DNA of 64,000 nucleotides from Thalia democratica (Eukaryota). The position numbers and the translations under genes are program-made. The stretch lies in the NCBI GenBank assembly GCA_965202585.1, contig OZ241829.1, positions 5,022,001 to 5,086,000 of the forward strand, read 5' to 3'. Positions 31,898 through 46,265 of the stretch are shown here, piece by piece. How positions within the stretch are numbered: position 1 is the stretch's first letter; every line of letters starts with the position of its first letter. The notes under the pieces were generated by a model, which searched no databases, was not told the origin of the DNA, and was given only the letters and a program-made list of their open reading frames with translations.

Positions 31898-34738
31898 CGT
31901 GATTGGTTTTATCAAGATAACTCTTCAAATATCTTCATTATTCACTTTTTATCAGGTATCTTATCTACCTTCTCATATAAAAACTCTCTACTTGCTATTA
32001 AAATATATTTAAACAGTCATCTCTTTATTCTCGAAATTTGTTGCATACTTTTGTTAATTATATATATTTTTATCTTTATTTGTTATGTGTCTGGAAGATT
32101 ATATTGGTGTTTTTTAGAGACTATTCTTTTCATTGTGTGGTTCTATTTTTAAAGACATCTTTATTACAAAAGTATGGTGTTTATTTTTAGATAAATATTT
32201 TCGTAAAATAATTGAAATACTGACACGTCTCAAAGTTTTACTTTTTAACAATCGCTATGTTTTTATTTAAATAAGAAGTTTATGAAAGCTTTCTATACTT
32301 TTTTTATTTTTTTAGTTAATTGTTGTTTTAAAATATTCTTATCTAAATAAAGAGTCTTACTTCTGTTGAGATACACTTAAATAATATTAAAAGTTGAAAT
32401 ACAGTATAAAATATATAACGGATTTTTTTTCGTGCATTATTAGCAAACAAATTGAATATATATGTATAACTTAATACTTGGTCAAAAAGTTAAACTATCA
32501 AATCATATTATAGTAGTAATAAACACTTGACTAACCGAATTCAGATGCACAGAAGTTGTCGTTTAGGGTTTCCACCTTAACTTTACCCATCGTTCTACAA
32601 GGTGCACACACACCAGCTGAAATAATAAAGTTAACTTTAACATTGTTGGACTGAGATATAGTTAATTTTTTTTTTGATTGTACAATTATTTTTTTTATAT
32701 AAAATACTAAAAAAAGTGGTAAAAATCTGGAAAAAAAAACTTAAAAAAACTAAAAAAAAGCTTAAAAACAGGTTTTTAAGCAACTGTTAATGGAATAAAA
32801 TCAAAAAATAGTTTTATCAATTACAAGAAGACTAAAGAACTAAGATATTAATTTTATGTTTCAATATGTGAATATTCTGATATTCAAATATCCTTAAATC
32901 GAAATTTATACTTTATATACTTTAATTATTTTAGAACTTTATTAACATTAACATTGACAAAAAAAAAAGTTTCAAAGTTTAGGTAGAAGGAATAAAATTA
33001 TTAATTATCGATCAAATATACAAAAAATCCTTGTCCAAACAATTTGAGTTAAAAACCTTCAATGTCGGGTTTTGGTTGTACTTTACGTTTTACGATATTT
33101 GCAAAGGGATAAAAACATTAAGTAAGAATAAAAATTCATAAAACTTTGTTAATGTTTGCTGAAATGTTGTGAAACCTGTCTGTGTAAAAAATGTAACAAA
33201 ATTCTATGATATTTGGAAAGTAAACACGAAATAAGCAAACACGCTTACCTGTCCGATATGAATTAGAAATTTTGATAAAATTGACAAATTTTTCCGTGCA
33301 TAATTGCTCATAATTTGAGTACAAATACCTTACAGTGTCTGATCGTTTACTTTTTAAGTCTGATGGTATATTTAAAGCTAGAATGGTAGTGATTTTTGTA
33401 ATTTATTTTTTTTAGAGTTTTTAGTTTTTCAATCTGTCATTTTAAAATCATTTAAGCTGCGGTAAGTTATTTAAATTGATTATGCATAATTCTTTAAAGT
33501 ACGTTAAACTTTTTATTGCTTATTTTTAAATGATGGTTGGATGAAAAAAAAATTAGTAATACTTTAAATTTTTTTTGTAAATAAAATATTTTTACATAAT
33601 CGTAATATAATAAATTCATTTTAGCAACTAAGAAACAAAGCTTTAATAATTTAATAAAAAATTTGTAATTTTTTCTTAATTTTCAATACAATTTTATCAA
33701 AAAGTACTTCTCAACTGAAAGTAGTTCTTAAAATGGTTTGAAATATTATTTCTTGATAATTTAAAACTAATAAATAGACAACATAAATAAACATTTTACT
33801 CTTTAGTAATCAAAGCTTTACTTAATATTTATTGATTGTGTTGAAACAAAGCAGGCAACCCCTTTCAACTAACACGTAAATAAAAAGTATTTATCTATTT
33901 CAATCTAAAATTATAAGTTTTATAAACAAGGAAAGTTATAAGAACTTATTTAACTAAGAAACTTCAGTTTGATAAACGGTTTGAATCAGGTAAATAAACA
34001 TAAATTATCGTCGAAGTATAAAATTGGGAGAATAAAAACGTATACGTAGTATATATGTTGCGTATATAACAAACACAATAACTAAAATGTAATACAGAGT
34101 TTTTTTGATAAAACTATATAATCAGTTTTAATGAATACACAATAACCACACAAAACTCAAAATGTACACATTTAATAATTAATGTTACATTAAACATTTT
34201 ATGATACATTTAATCAAAACTAACGCATGGAGGTTTGTGTTGGTGGGGAGGTCGGGACTTGTGAGACGGTGTTGTTCAGGTTCACGCATGGCTGCTCATC
34301 CGTGAACTGGCTGCAGTTGAGCATGGACGGCCAATCGAACTGGTACTCCCTGAGGACGGGGGCGCACGACCGTTCCACGTCACTGCACAGCTGCTTGCAC
34401 GGCGGGATGGCGCCCACCACTTGCTGCAGGCACACCGGAGCGAAGAGGGAGCAGAGGAAGATGCGGGCGTGGGAGTGGCAGCCCTGGCGGAGGAGGGGAA
34501 CGAAGGAAGCGGCCTGCTGCTTCACCTCGACCAGCGTTTCGTGGCGGAGGAGGTTGGGGAGGACCATGTCGGAGTAGCCGACTCCGTGGCACAGCTTCAG
34601 GTCGTTGGGAATGCGCACGCAGGTGAAGTGGCTGCCCCCTTGAGAGTGGAATTTGCTGCCCACATAGCTCCCACTAGTGGTGGTTGTCATGGTGATGACG
34701 ACCAGCAAAAGAGAAAGTAGCTGGGTTTTGTCGCGCAT
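28815..34738 (-). CDS. SFRP1/2/5: Secreted frizzled-related protein copy B, 348 aa; exons 34738-34225, 32616-32536, 29266-28815
   Basis: Same 3-exon structure as A, intact frame and splice sites. Confidence 0.95.
29335..29850. mobile_element. Insertion in sFRP-B intron 2 containing a (TA)n-associated interspersed element (diverged relative of 31461-31864)
   Basis: Absent at the corresponding position in A (about 12510-12530) and in C; AAGTTCTGGTCGATAGTACTCAACAAATTGAATTGGTGCTAAATATTTATT matches 31484-31533. Confidence 0.6.
29340..29358. repeat. (TA)n microsatellite
   Basis: Direct observation. Confidence 0.9.
31398..31458. repeat. (AT)n microsatellite, 61 nt
   Basis: Direct observation. Confidence 0.98.
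31526..31864. mobile_element. Fold-back / MITE-like structure: 123-bp inverted repeat (31526-31648 vs 31742-31864) with a 93-bp spacer, flanked by (TA)n
   Basis: The arms are reverse complements with no mismatch seen; the insertion 31397-31894 is absent from A and C. Confidence 0.8.
31866..31894. repeat. (AT)n microsatellite, 29 nt
   Basis: Direct observation. Confidence 0.97.
32536..32616 (-). CDS. SFRP1/2/5: sFRP-B exon 2
   Basis: 81 nt, two synonymous differences relative to A. Confidence 0.92.
34225..34738 (-). CDS. SFRP1/2/5: sFRP-B coding exon 1
   Basis: ORF 34220..34738; 3 substitutions relative to copy A. Confidence 0.95.
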
Positions 34739-37700
34739 TACTTAGATTGTTTAGATAAATCTGGAAAACTAAAAGTACAGTATTGTCTAGATAATTATAA
34801 TCTTATTTAACAGTTCTTCTTGGTTTAAATTTAATATTTTATATTATCAGACTCTTTGAATTTTGATAGTATAACTCATAATGCTTACTAAAAACTGAAA
34901 ATCAATTAGTTTATTTGTCTAGTTGTTTATAAAATACAAAGTTATTTATGTTTATTAAAATTCTATGTTTTTCTTTTACAAATGTAGTAGTAGTGTGGAT
35001 GAGCAGTTTAGTTAAGGTTTATAAAAGTCAGTTTATACAAAAACCTTATTAACTAATAAATTGTACAATACTTTTTAACATTTTTTTATATAGGCATTTG
35101 CTTTAAAAATTTAAATATGACAAAATTGAATACTATAGATTAAGGTTTTTTATACTAAAGTTTTGACAAAACATATTTCAAACCAAATGTTCTGCAGTAC
35201 TTTTAATTTTTAACTAACGTACTAAAAAAAAATAGTTTTCTCTGAGAAATAAGCTTACAAGCTCAACTGGCGAGCTTTGCACAAAGCAAGATAAGCTGCT
35301 TATCATTAAACGCTGCTTCAAATAACAACAATTTGAAAAAAAACATAACAATAAACATAGCTGTTTCGTTACTAGAAACAAAACCAATACAAGTATTAAA
35401 AGGTTTATATGGCACAAAACTAAAACACTTTAGTCTTAAACAAACAAATTATCTAGCTTGTTAATTTAAAGAAACATTAATTAAATATTTTGTAACTTGA
35501 AGCTTGCTTGTTGCTTATCAACGATTAATGAATCAAACAACCACTAAGCTTCTTGTTTTACTTGCAAGTTGAGAAAAAGGTAATATTGGCCACTACGAGG
35601 CGTAAGAGGGTTCCAAGGCTGATGTTTTCTCGATTGATTATCGCACTGCTTAAGTTTAAGCGATTTTAAAGTTTTTTGTAGGCAAGTTATTATGGTTCGC
35701 AGTCATTAGTAACACGTTTTAAAAACTTTAATAAAAAAAAATTAAAAAATAACAGTTGAAATTTTAAATGCTTGTTTTTGTGATTTTATACTTTCTAACA
35801 CTAATTACTTTATGCTTAAGCAAGCTTTTTAGGTTAAAAGACAACAAAGACAATGTATAAAATTAAAAAAAACAGTTTTATGGTTTTAGGTTTAAAAAAA
35901 CAAACTAAAAAATGTCGTTTAAGTTAAATAATACTTCAAATTTAACTAAGCTAAGATAAAAAAGTTTTTTACATGTCAAAAAAAGTACATGTTAAAAAAC
36001 AGTTTGTGTTGTAAAATAAATATAACTAAAAAAAAAGCTGCATTTTATACTTATTAGAAATTTTATTTGTATTTTAATACAAAACCATCTTTTGTTAAAA
36101 AAACGAACAAACAAAACAAAAAGTCGTGAATCTTATTTCTAAACTTATGCTTTAACATTACTTTTTATTTAGTATATATTCAAATTTTATCAGAATAAGT
36201 CAAAATTTGTTTATCTCAAAATGAAAGCGATAAAAATTAAAAAAAACAAATTAAATTATTTGAAATTTAGAACTTTTACCTACTGTTACAACTAAACATT
36301 TTCTTTTTTATTAATAACACCACTACTAAAACAAAAATCTCAATTTTTTTATTAGTTATTAGTGCATTAGATAGTACTTCATAAAGTGATTTAATGTTTT
36401 AATTTAGATGAAAGCCAGTTTACTAGTGTTAATGTTTAGTAGATTAATTTGCTGCAACCTTTTAATATATGAGAAGACATGAAAGTTTAATCTGCTTTTT
36501 ATTGAATTACCGCCGACACACTTGTGAATAATCACAGAGCTTTACATAAATGTGTAACACGTTCGTATGGTCTTACTAATAGTTAAATTAAGTGGTCATG
36601 AAATCTAAAATTTTATAAAGTTTATATACAAAATATAATAAAAATACAGAAATTAAGTATATTTTATAAATAATTTTTAAATTTTAAGTAAACTGTATTT
36701 TAGTATGATTTTCATAATAAATTAAACCATTTATATATATACATGTACGTATAAATTACTAATAAAAACAACTAGAGTTGTATTATACACATATGTAAAT
36801 GTTAAATTATGAATCTTAATTTTTAATTAGACTTTTCTTACAAATATCTAGGAAACAGGAAAATGTTCATTTTGAAAATTTTACGAGTTCAATGTTTGTC
36901 TTAAATATTATAGTGCTAATTAAAACTGTATGTTATAAACGTTAATTATGTTCTAAATGTTAGCTTTACATTAAACAAACTTTTTCGTAAAATTGTAAAT
37001 AGAATGTTTTTATTGAAACCTGTTGAAATATTTATCTAAGGTTTTCGATCTCACTACGATTAAAAGATAAGCTGTACACATTGATAAAATTTATCTGTAT
37101 TATCTAATATCCAGCTTTAAACTCCCTACAGCTACTTTTTAAAACATTGTTTTCGTACATAAGATAAGGCAAGGTGTTTTAAAATTGTTAATGACATTGA
37201 TATATAAGTAAACTTGTCATCAAATTATTTTTTACTACCATCTTTTAATAAAAGTTTAATCTTTAATAAAACATTGATTTTATAGTAAACTTTACTTAAT
37301 TTTAACTGTGTACTTGTAAATTTAATCAAATGTTTATGCTCATGTTCGATAAATTTTAGTTTATTCAAACCTTTAACAAAATAATATCACAAAACTGCAT
37401 TTTTAAATAAACATTTTACCTAAACCTAGTTATGGTCTTTTTTGTTATGTTCCAAACATAAAAATAAAAGAATTTATTTCCAGGCTAATTGGATAATTAA
37501 TAAAGACTTTACTAATACACGACATAACATTTGGATTATTTGCAGGAGTGTATTTCTTTGATCTAATTGATGTAATAATTGCTTCGTAGTGAAAATAGTA
37601 ATTTAATTGCTCATGATGAAAATAAATCTTCCAATATCTTAGAATTTATTTTTAATTGCAGAGTATTAAGTGGTCTGCATTTAGATATTAATACACATTA

Positions 37701-40700
37701 GATTTTGCTGGCTGGCTAATCTAAAATATAAAACTTTGTTTTGTAGTTTTATTTCTTTCTACATTTATCTAAATAAGCATACGTAGTATTTAAGCAAAGT
37801 TTTAGTTTATAACAATAGTATACACTAATTATTACAGTGTTTAGCACATTTAAACAAATTTTTATTAGTTAATACTTGAAATTAACAAGCATATTACAAA
37901 TTTAAAGCAAATGTGTTGTAGTAAAATTACTTTCATAAGATTTAGTTACTCTATATTGCGAAATATAAAATAAAAACCAAACTTATTTCAACAAATTAAT
38001 TTCATATTGGCTATTTAAATACTAATTAATGATCGAATTGCGGTAAAAACTTTAAGTTTTGTCACAAAAACATTTGCATCATAAAACTTGCAAAAGTCAT
38101 TTAATAACTGAATAAACCTAAATTTACTGCAAATCAGCTGATAAAGTGTCGAATACAATCAGATTTGTAATCATATTGTATTAGTAACATGAACATAAGT
38201 ATCTTGTGAAATATGTAGCATGAAATTTTACTAGATATTTTTCACAAGGTTGCCACTGAAATTAATTTTTTGGGTTGATATTAATATCATGTTCTACGAA
38301 AAGTCGATTGAATCATTTATCTGTTCGTCTTGTAAGTGTATGTTTGATAAAAAATAGTTAGAGTTTCAAATAACATTAAAAACTATGCATTTATGATGAA
38401 AACTAATTGTTAAATTTTTGTATTTTGTTTTAATTTTTAGTGTAATTTGATGTTAATATCATTAATGCTGTTTAAAGATACTTAAGAATGACAAAATCTT
38501 TTTCATAAATATTAAGAAGTTGCGACAATTTAGATAAAACTAAATTGTTTACTGTAAGTTGTTTATATCATTTGTATAGATGGTTTTAATTTAAGTTTTT
38601 GAGAAAGTTAAAAAGTAGTCTTTTTAGATAACTTTAACATTAACTTTTATCATTTGAAAAATGGAAAACAAAAACAAACATACTGGAAGGAAAATAAGTT
38701 TGACTACTAAGACTTGTTATTGCCAAATATAGCTTTGACGAACGTCTCAATTTATGAGTAATTTTAATTTTAGTTTTTGCCTAATGTCAATATTAATCAT
38801 ATTAAACTTAAACTATAAAAAATATTTAGTTTCAAACTAAACATTTATCTTCTTACTTTGACAATTGAAATGATTTTTTTGAAACATGATAAATGGTATT
38901 TACCTATTAACTATTCTAATGATCAAAAAATTGATTATATAGAAATATCAGAAGATCACAAGTTAAGACAAACGACAAACACAGAAAAACTTTTTATTTT
39001 AGCTCTTACCTAGTATTTAGTAGTTAATTACACATAAGTTATAACACTAGCTACAAGTTGCCTATTTCATCTAAAAAACTGATGATTATGAGTTAACTAA
39101 ATTTAGGAGGTACAATTTGAACATTTGTGAAAACTTTTGAAAATTAACTGCAACATTTTGCTAAAATATGTTTCCTTTATAAAAAATATCAATAAGATTT
39201 TATAAACAATATAGAAAAGTCTAATAAATTATGTTTTCACATTTAAGAAAGCAAATTAAACTAAAATTCAAATAAAACTAAATTTGGAGAGTTCACTTAG
39301 ATTTGGCGTTAAAATCACAAATATCTGAAAATTATCAAAGGTTGGCATAACAACAAGTTTCGGTTGCTAGGGCTGTTTGTCTTAATTAATAACACCTCTT
39401 ACAGTTGAATGGCTTCTATCAGCACTTGGCCATCGACTTTTTCTCAGAGGGAGTCGTTGCTAGGTAACCGATTAATTATCAGGGTTCAAACCCCGGTCAT
39501 GTGTACATAGGTAAATTGTTCGAACAAACGAGGAATTAGGGTTTAAGCAAAATAAGTTGCTCTTGATTGATTTCTTGGCAGTAAATTGATATTTTGGTTG
39601 CCTTTTATTAATCTGGAGAAATCGTCTTTAAGCTTAAATCAAAATAAATAAATTTTTAGTTTGATTTTAATTTTTGTCGAGTGATAAAAAAGAAGTCACT
39701 GTAGGGTGAAATTTATAATTAAAAAAATTAAAAATCTGTTGTTCTTAATTTAATTGTTGATCGTCATAATTACAAAATTACAACAGATTCTACAAAATTT
39801 ATGCTTGAATGACTACACTTTCAACGAAACTAGTTTTAAATTTTGTATTGTTAAATATCTTCTGTGTTGCACACGTGTATTTAAGTGGATTACGTATTTA
39901 CCCAAAATTTTACCTTTTGCGTCTATATTCAAAGTAAAACCAACAAGTTTTAAACTGTGCCAACACAAGAAAAACTGACATCAAAACTCTACCCGCATGT
40001 AATATGTGTGTGGGTAAATTTAACTTTTCAAGTGGCTTTAAACAACAAAATACGTCACAATTAACGTTAAGTAGAATTAGTAGCCTTTTTATTTGCACAG
40101 CTTTCACTAAGAAGTAAGTAAAAGGCAATAGGAATGCCTTAAAGTAGCCTAATGAGCTATTAAGAAATACAAAAACCAATTGAAAAAAAATAAGTGTGAC
40201 ATTTTTGTTCCATTTACAGTGAATAACGAAACTTGAAATAATGAATAATAGCATAATTTAGAAAACTAAAATTTGTTTTGTAACGGACAAATGCTTTGTA
40301 AGGCTTTAAACTTTGTCATAGTTCTAAAAGTAAAAACAAAACAAACTTTAAAGTATTAACACGAGAAAATTTTCGCAAATATTTATTTTTATAGAAATTG
40401 TAAGCAACCTAAAGTTCAATAAACTCTAGCTACCGATCGTTATTTTTTAAGTTTCTATTGTGACGAAATGATTAATGTTGTTGACAAAATTTGTGACGTC
40501 ATAATATAGCGATCGTCGCGTGACCATTCTGCTGATCACGTAGCAAAATCACCTGCAGACAGACACCAGATTTTACTTGTTTTTATCTTACATGACTTTT
40601 TTGATATTTTACAAATGTACCATATCAAGTATATGTACTTTTGTTTGCTCAATCCTGCCTTATTTTAAACACATTTACCTATCTGACTGTTTTGCTATGC

Positions 40701-43700
40701 ACGAAAATGTACAGCTGTTTGTATCAACTGATGTTAGTACCATAATAGGTCATATTTGCAGTAAAAATTTTACTTTAAAATACTTTAATTTTTATGTAAG
40801 TAAGATGTTGCTACTTTTTACCTTTGACTGGCCGGCTAGACAAACACACAACGATTAAATACAACCCATTAACTGATAGTAAGATGTCGTTGTGTTTGAA
40901 CTATTCCTAACGAAATATTTACTGCAAACATAGCTTTTAAGTTAAGAAAACAAACTTTACTTGATACGTATGTTTAGAATATCGTAATACCACTGTCACT
41001 TAAAAAACATTTCCATATAAACAATTTCGAATACCGGCAATTAGTTCCATGTACCTCGAACACAAAACATTTCCGTATAAAACATACAGTTTGATTAAGT
41101 ATAAAGAAGAACATAAATCTTGACCAAGTACAAATTATACTAAAAAGAGAATTCACAACAATAAACCAACTTACCATGAGTGTGCTTGTTTGGAAATTCA
41201 GCTGAAACAACATTATTGCTTTTTATTTTATCGTTCAAAATTCACAACCTTCGTCGGTTTGACAGGCAACGACTATTGTGTGACAAGCGAGAGGGGTGTC
41301 AACTATGACGTAATAAATATTGTGACTAGTATTTCAGTAATGTCAACTTCACGAGATGGACTAATAAAAATAATTTAAGTTTATTGTAAAAAATAATTCT
41401 GTTACGTTGCAAACTGCAAATTATCACGAATTAAAAATATATTCGATTCGGTGCAAGTTTTAGAATTTTTGATTGATTTTATTTTTAAAATTTTGTTATT
41501 TGTCATATGACTCCTTTACTTTCGTGTTGCGATTTCGTATAACAAACTTATGAATATCAAAACTTTGTAGAATATCATTAAATTTGCGATATGCGCACGT
41601 AGATTATTTACTAAACTTCACCTACTTTTTAGTTTGTAAATAAAAAATAAACTTTACAATATTAACTATATTTAACAAGTAATAGTTATTATGGGTTAAA
41701 TTTTCATAAACTTGTCTATTAAACTAGTTTTAAAGTCTTCATCTTTTTTACTTAAAAATAAAGCTTTGTATAAATTTTTAAATCAATTTATTTTTACAGC
41801 TTCTCAATTGGATTAAATTTTGATTTGATCATCTAAACGAAGCATCAAAAATTACTGTTCATTATAAAAAATAAACTAACTAAATGCGTGGGACAACTTG
41901 ATTTTATTCGCTTATTCGTAAAATTTAATTTCATTAATTAAACAATCGGCAGTCAATTCAGCAGCAATTAACTACGTTTCTCAATAAGGAAGTAATAAAA
42001 AAATAGCAAATTCGAACGGATTAAATTACTTGTACGATCTTTTTAGTCGAACTGTAAAAGGTAAATTGCAGCTTATTTATTGCTGCAGATAAGCTGTGTT
42101 AATTTGCAGATTAGTTTTACAAGCAAATAATTACATTTTAAAAAGAGTCAACAGTGGTAAAACGATTCAGTTTAAGAAAAATTGTGGAAAATAAAAAATG
42201 TAAAATTTTGTTGGTGTTGTACAACTTTTACGACTTCTACCATTTGAATTTTTTTTAATTTTAAGTTGAAAACTTTTTAAGTTATTTATCAAAAAAAAAA
42301 TAGTGATTAAATATAGTGTAGTTAAAAATTTATTTATGTTTAATTTTTATAGAATCTTTATAATGTTTTGATTCAAGCTAATTGCCAAGCAAAAACTCCT
42401 ATAAAAATCAAAAAAAGAAAATGTATGTCCATATGTTAAAATATAACTATCATAAACACTTTGCCTGTCAACTCTGTAAATTAAACCGATAACAGACTAA
42501 AAGTTTTAAATATATTTTTATGGGAGAAATAAGGTAATTACCATTTCAATAAAAGTGATTTAGCAACAGTTACACTGCATAATATACACTATTTCAATCA
42601 ATGCATCTAATTTATTGTATTTTTTGACATAATACTTTTAAATATTTGCTGCACTTTAAAGTTAAGTTTTATTTTTTTAAACTGCAAAAAAAATGTATAC
42701 AGTTACGTTATATTTTCTTTAAAAAAGTCAAGTTAATGCCAAAACAAACACATATTTCTTTTCACGAATCCTTCACTTGCTATTTCTAACTTCTGCCAAA
42801 CCGGTATGTGTGTTTGCTTGTTTTGATTTTATGTTAGCTTGTTATATTACACGCCGTAACATCTAATTATCAAGAACAATGTTTTCTTCTTGGTAAGCAA
42901 TTTAGTAAACTTAGCTGTTTTTACATTAAACTATATATGAATATGTTTTTTTTTTAATTCGTTTTTTTATCTCTCACATGTTTTAAAAGAAAGTTATTTT
43001 ACAGTTTTAGGCTAATGTAGTTTTGCTTAATAGCTTTCACATACTAATATGTAGAAATAAAAGCTTTCATTGGTTTATAATATTAAGTGTTATCATAGTT
43101 TATAAAAATATAATTCTCTTAAAGGATTGATACTACTAATAAACTTAGTTCGACCTTTATAAATGAGTTCCATTTAAACCAGAAATTACTAAATAATAAT
43201 AAAATTCTGTTACAAAAAACTATACTCTTTATTATTATAAAACTCTAGTTCAAAATAATATAACGCTCACTTATGTTTAGTTTATCATATAGCATTATGA
43301 TGAATGTAAGTATTTGTTGTATTATTATAGTTTTAATAAAGTACCTAAAGGAAGTATAAAATTATATACTAATTTTAATTTTGTGTTTATTGAAAGTGTT
43401 TGTTATTTTTAACATACTTAGTTTTAAAAATTTAAAGTTTAAAATGATCATGTCAGAATAGCATAAAATAAGCAAGATATTTATTAAAATAAAACATATA
43501 ATTTATAAAATAAACAATAAATTTATTAAAAGAAAATAATCGCACCTTTTTCGTGGACTTGAATGTTTACATTAGAACATTCAAGTATTGTTAAATTGTG
43601 TGTCTTGTGTATATTAGCTTGTATGATTGATAGATTTTAATTGACTGTAATTTTGAAGCAGTTTATCAAATACTCCCCACATTTTATTGTAAATTACAAA

Positions 43701-45816
43701 TTTGTTAACATAAACATTTACTTTGAAAATAACAAAATTGTGTTAAACCACATTTAATTTTTACTATTGAAAATTTGCATGATTTTTTAGTTAGATAAAA
43801 GCTTAAATTTAACAGTTAAGTTAAAAAAGAAAACTATTGTTAAACAAGCTGTTAAAGTAGGAACAGTTAAATATACAAATGTGTTTTAATACTTTTACTT
43901 GGGTAAGCATGTTCGAATTTACTTTTATGTTTGAACGAGTTTTTTTGTAGTTATTTCAAATGAAGCTTTTAAATTAGTTAAAAAATCAATAGCATTAATT
44001 CAAATGGAAATGCAATTACGGAACATATGCATTAACAATATATGGCTTAATTTTTTTTTGTCTTTATCTGAATTTAATTTTGCAAATATCTATCGAGATT
44101 CACTTATTTTGATTATATTAAACATAAAAACTATGTATTAAGCTGCTAGTGGTCTTAGTAATAACTTTATGTATAAAAGTTAAAACTGCAGGACACGTTA
44201 GACTTATTCTTTGATTTATTTAATGAAAGAAAAGTGTTTATTTGTCACACTTTATATTTACAAGTGTTTATTATAATAAGTTAAGTTCTTTGACGCTATT
44301 TGCTAAACAATATCCGAATTGTCAAATTTGCAAACCGCAAAGTATAAACAAAAACTTTATACGGATGTATGAATGTTTATATTTGGTTAAAGCTAATTTT
44401 ATACAATTAAAACTTATAATTTTCTATTAGTAATATATGTCTGCTATAGAAGTTAAAAATGTATAGCAACAAACTTCGGGTTAACCTGCAACTAATTTGC
44501 ATATATCCAAACAAGACTAAGATTAACTAGATGTTATTTATGTTATTTTTTATAATTAAAACTTTATTATATGTTTGGGTAAAGTAGGTTCGGGGTAAAG
44601 GTATAGTTTATAGATTAAAAAGATAAAATTAGCATCTGTTTTTTTTCAGTCTTGTTTTCCATATGCAAAATAATTGCAGGTTTTTGAATGCACTGCACCC
44701 ATAAATTTTACAAACTATTATTTTTATATTTAACTAGCAAATAAAATATAATCGCTGGTAATTTATTTGAGTTGTTACTTAAACAAAACTATAAACAAAA
44801 TATACACTTTCTATCTATAAGTACAAAACTTCACTTTTCTAACAAAATTCTTTATAAAAGTGAACTGTATTTTGCTATAAAATAAAATCGAATTAAGAAA
44901 TTAACGTTTTTATTTACAATTTAGTTTTATTTTATTTCTAAAGCTTTAAATGACTTTTTTTAACTTAATTTAATCGCTTTTAGTCTAGGAAGAAAACTTA
45001 AAATGCATTAAAATATAAATATGCTTAAATTTAAAAACATTTAATTAATTTTAAGTATTTTAATTGATTTAATAAAACACCCACTGATCTATTTTAGAGT
45101 ATTTTACTTAAAGTAATAGTAATGCAAAAAACACTTTCATTTTGAAATTTATACTAACACTTCAATAAACGTTCGTTTAGTTGAATACAAACATGATTTT
45201 TGATTTGATTACTGAACTCGTAGGTTTAAATATTATAATTTTAAACTTGACTCATAAGTTAATCAATTGAAAACAAGTGTTTGTAAAGATTATAAAGATT
45301 GTTATAAAATTATTTGTTATAAAAAAATCTTTTTAAAGTTCCTAAGCGTATTTTTACGAAAATGTAATTTATTTAAAAAAAAACTGTATCTTTAAGCCAA
45401 AAATGTATATATTATATTTTTTTGTAACAAATAACTTTAATAAAGTATCATACTGAAGTGTATTAAAAGCTTGATATATAGTTATAATAAAAACAATGAA
45501 AACAATATCGTTTCCTATTATCAAACAAATTCATCATAGATTGTAAAATTAAGTTTTAGCTTTATAAAGTGTTTATATATATGAACGAATTGTTTAAAAT
45601 TGAGATGGTTATATTCTGCGAGTTAAGCAGAGTCGAGAGTTTCTTCAGACGAATCTCCCTAAACCTTGTTTTCTTCCTTCGCAGGTAATCTACCATTAGT
45701 CAGTAACATTCACAAGTAGCTGGTTAGCTAGCTCTCTGCCATCAATGGTTTCCAACGTGGCTTGAAACCGATTTTCTTCTCCACGACTTGTATGGAAAAC
45801 CACTCTCCGTCGCTAC

Positions 45817-46265
45817 CTAGTAGCCACCCTGTTGCATGATGGGATTGAACGATGGACACGCCTTCTGATTGAATTTGTTCGCAGCAGCCGCCTTCAACGC
45901 CTTGTTCTTTTTCGTCCACTTGTATATCTCGGTGACGAGCAACCTCGATCCCCTCGAGTCCTTTCTCCCCATGATCAGGTAAGTATACCTTTTCTTCTTC
46001 CTCCTCTTCTTATCCTTCTTCTTTTTCTTACTTGAAGCTCCTCGAGGGATCCTCTTCTTGTTTTTCTTCTTCTTCGACCACGAAGCGTCGCCTATGAGCA
46101 ACGAGCACTTGCACCCCTTGCCCGATATGATCAGCCTCATCCTGCGCAGATCCCTCGCATCCAGAGGTCCCTTCTTGTAGACGATCCTCCGCCTCGGCGA
46201 TGCCGTCAGCTCCCTGATGCCCATCTCCGGGTTGAACGTCAGTTTCTTGCTTCTTACCTTGACCA
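45817..46265 (-). CDS. SFRP1/2/5: sFRP-C exon 3 (NTR)
   Basis: ORF 45817..46266; CTCACAG acceptor. Confidence 0.93.
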
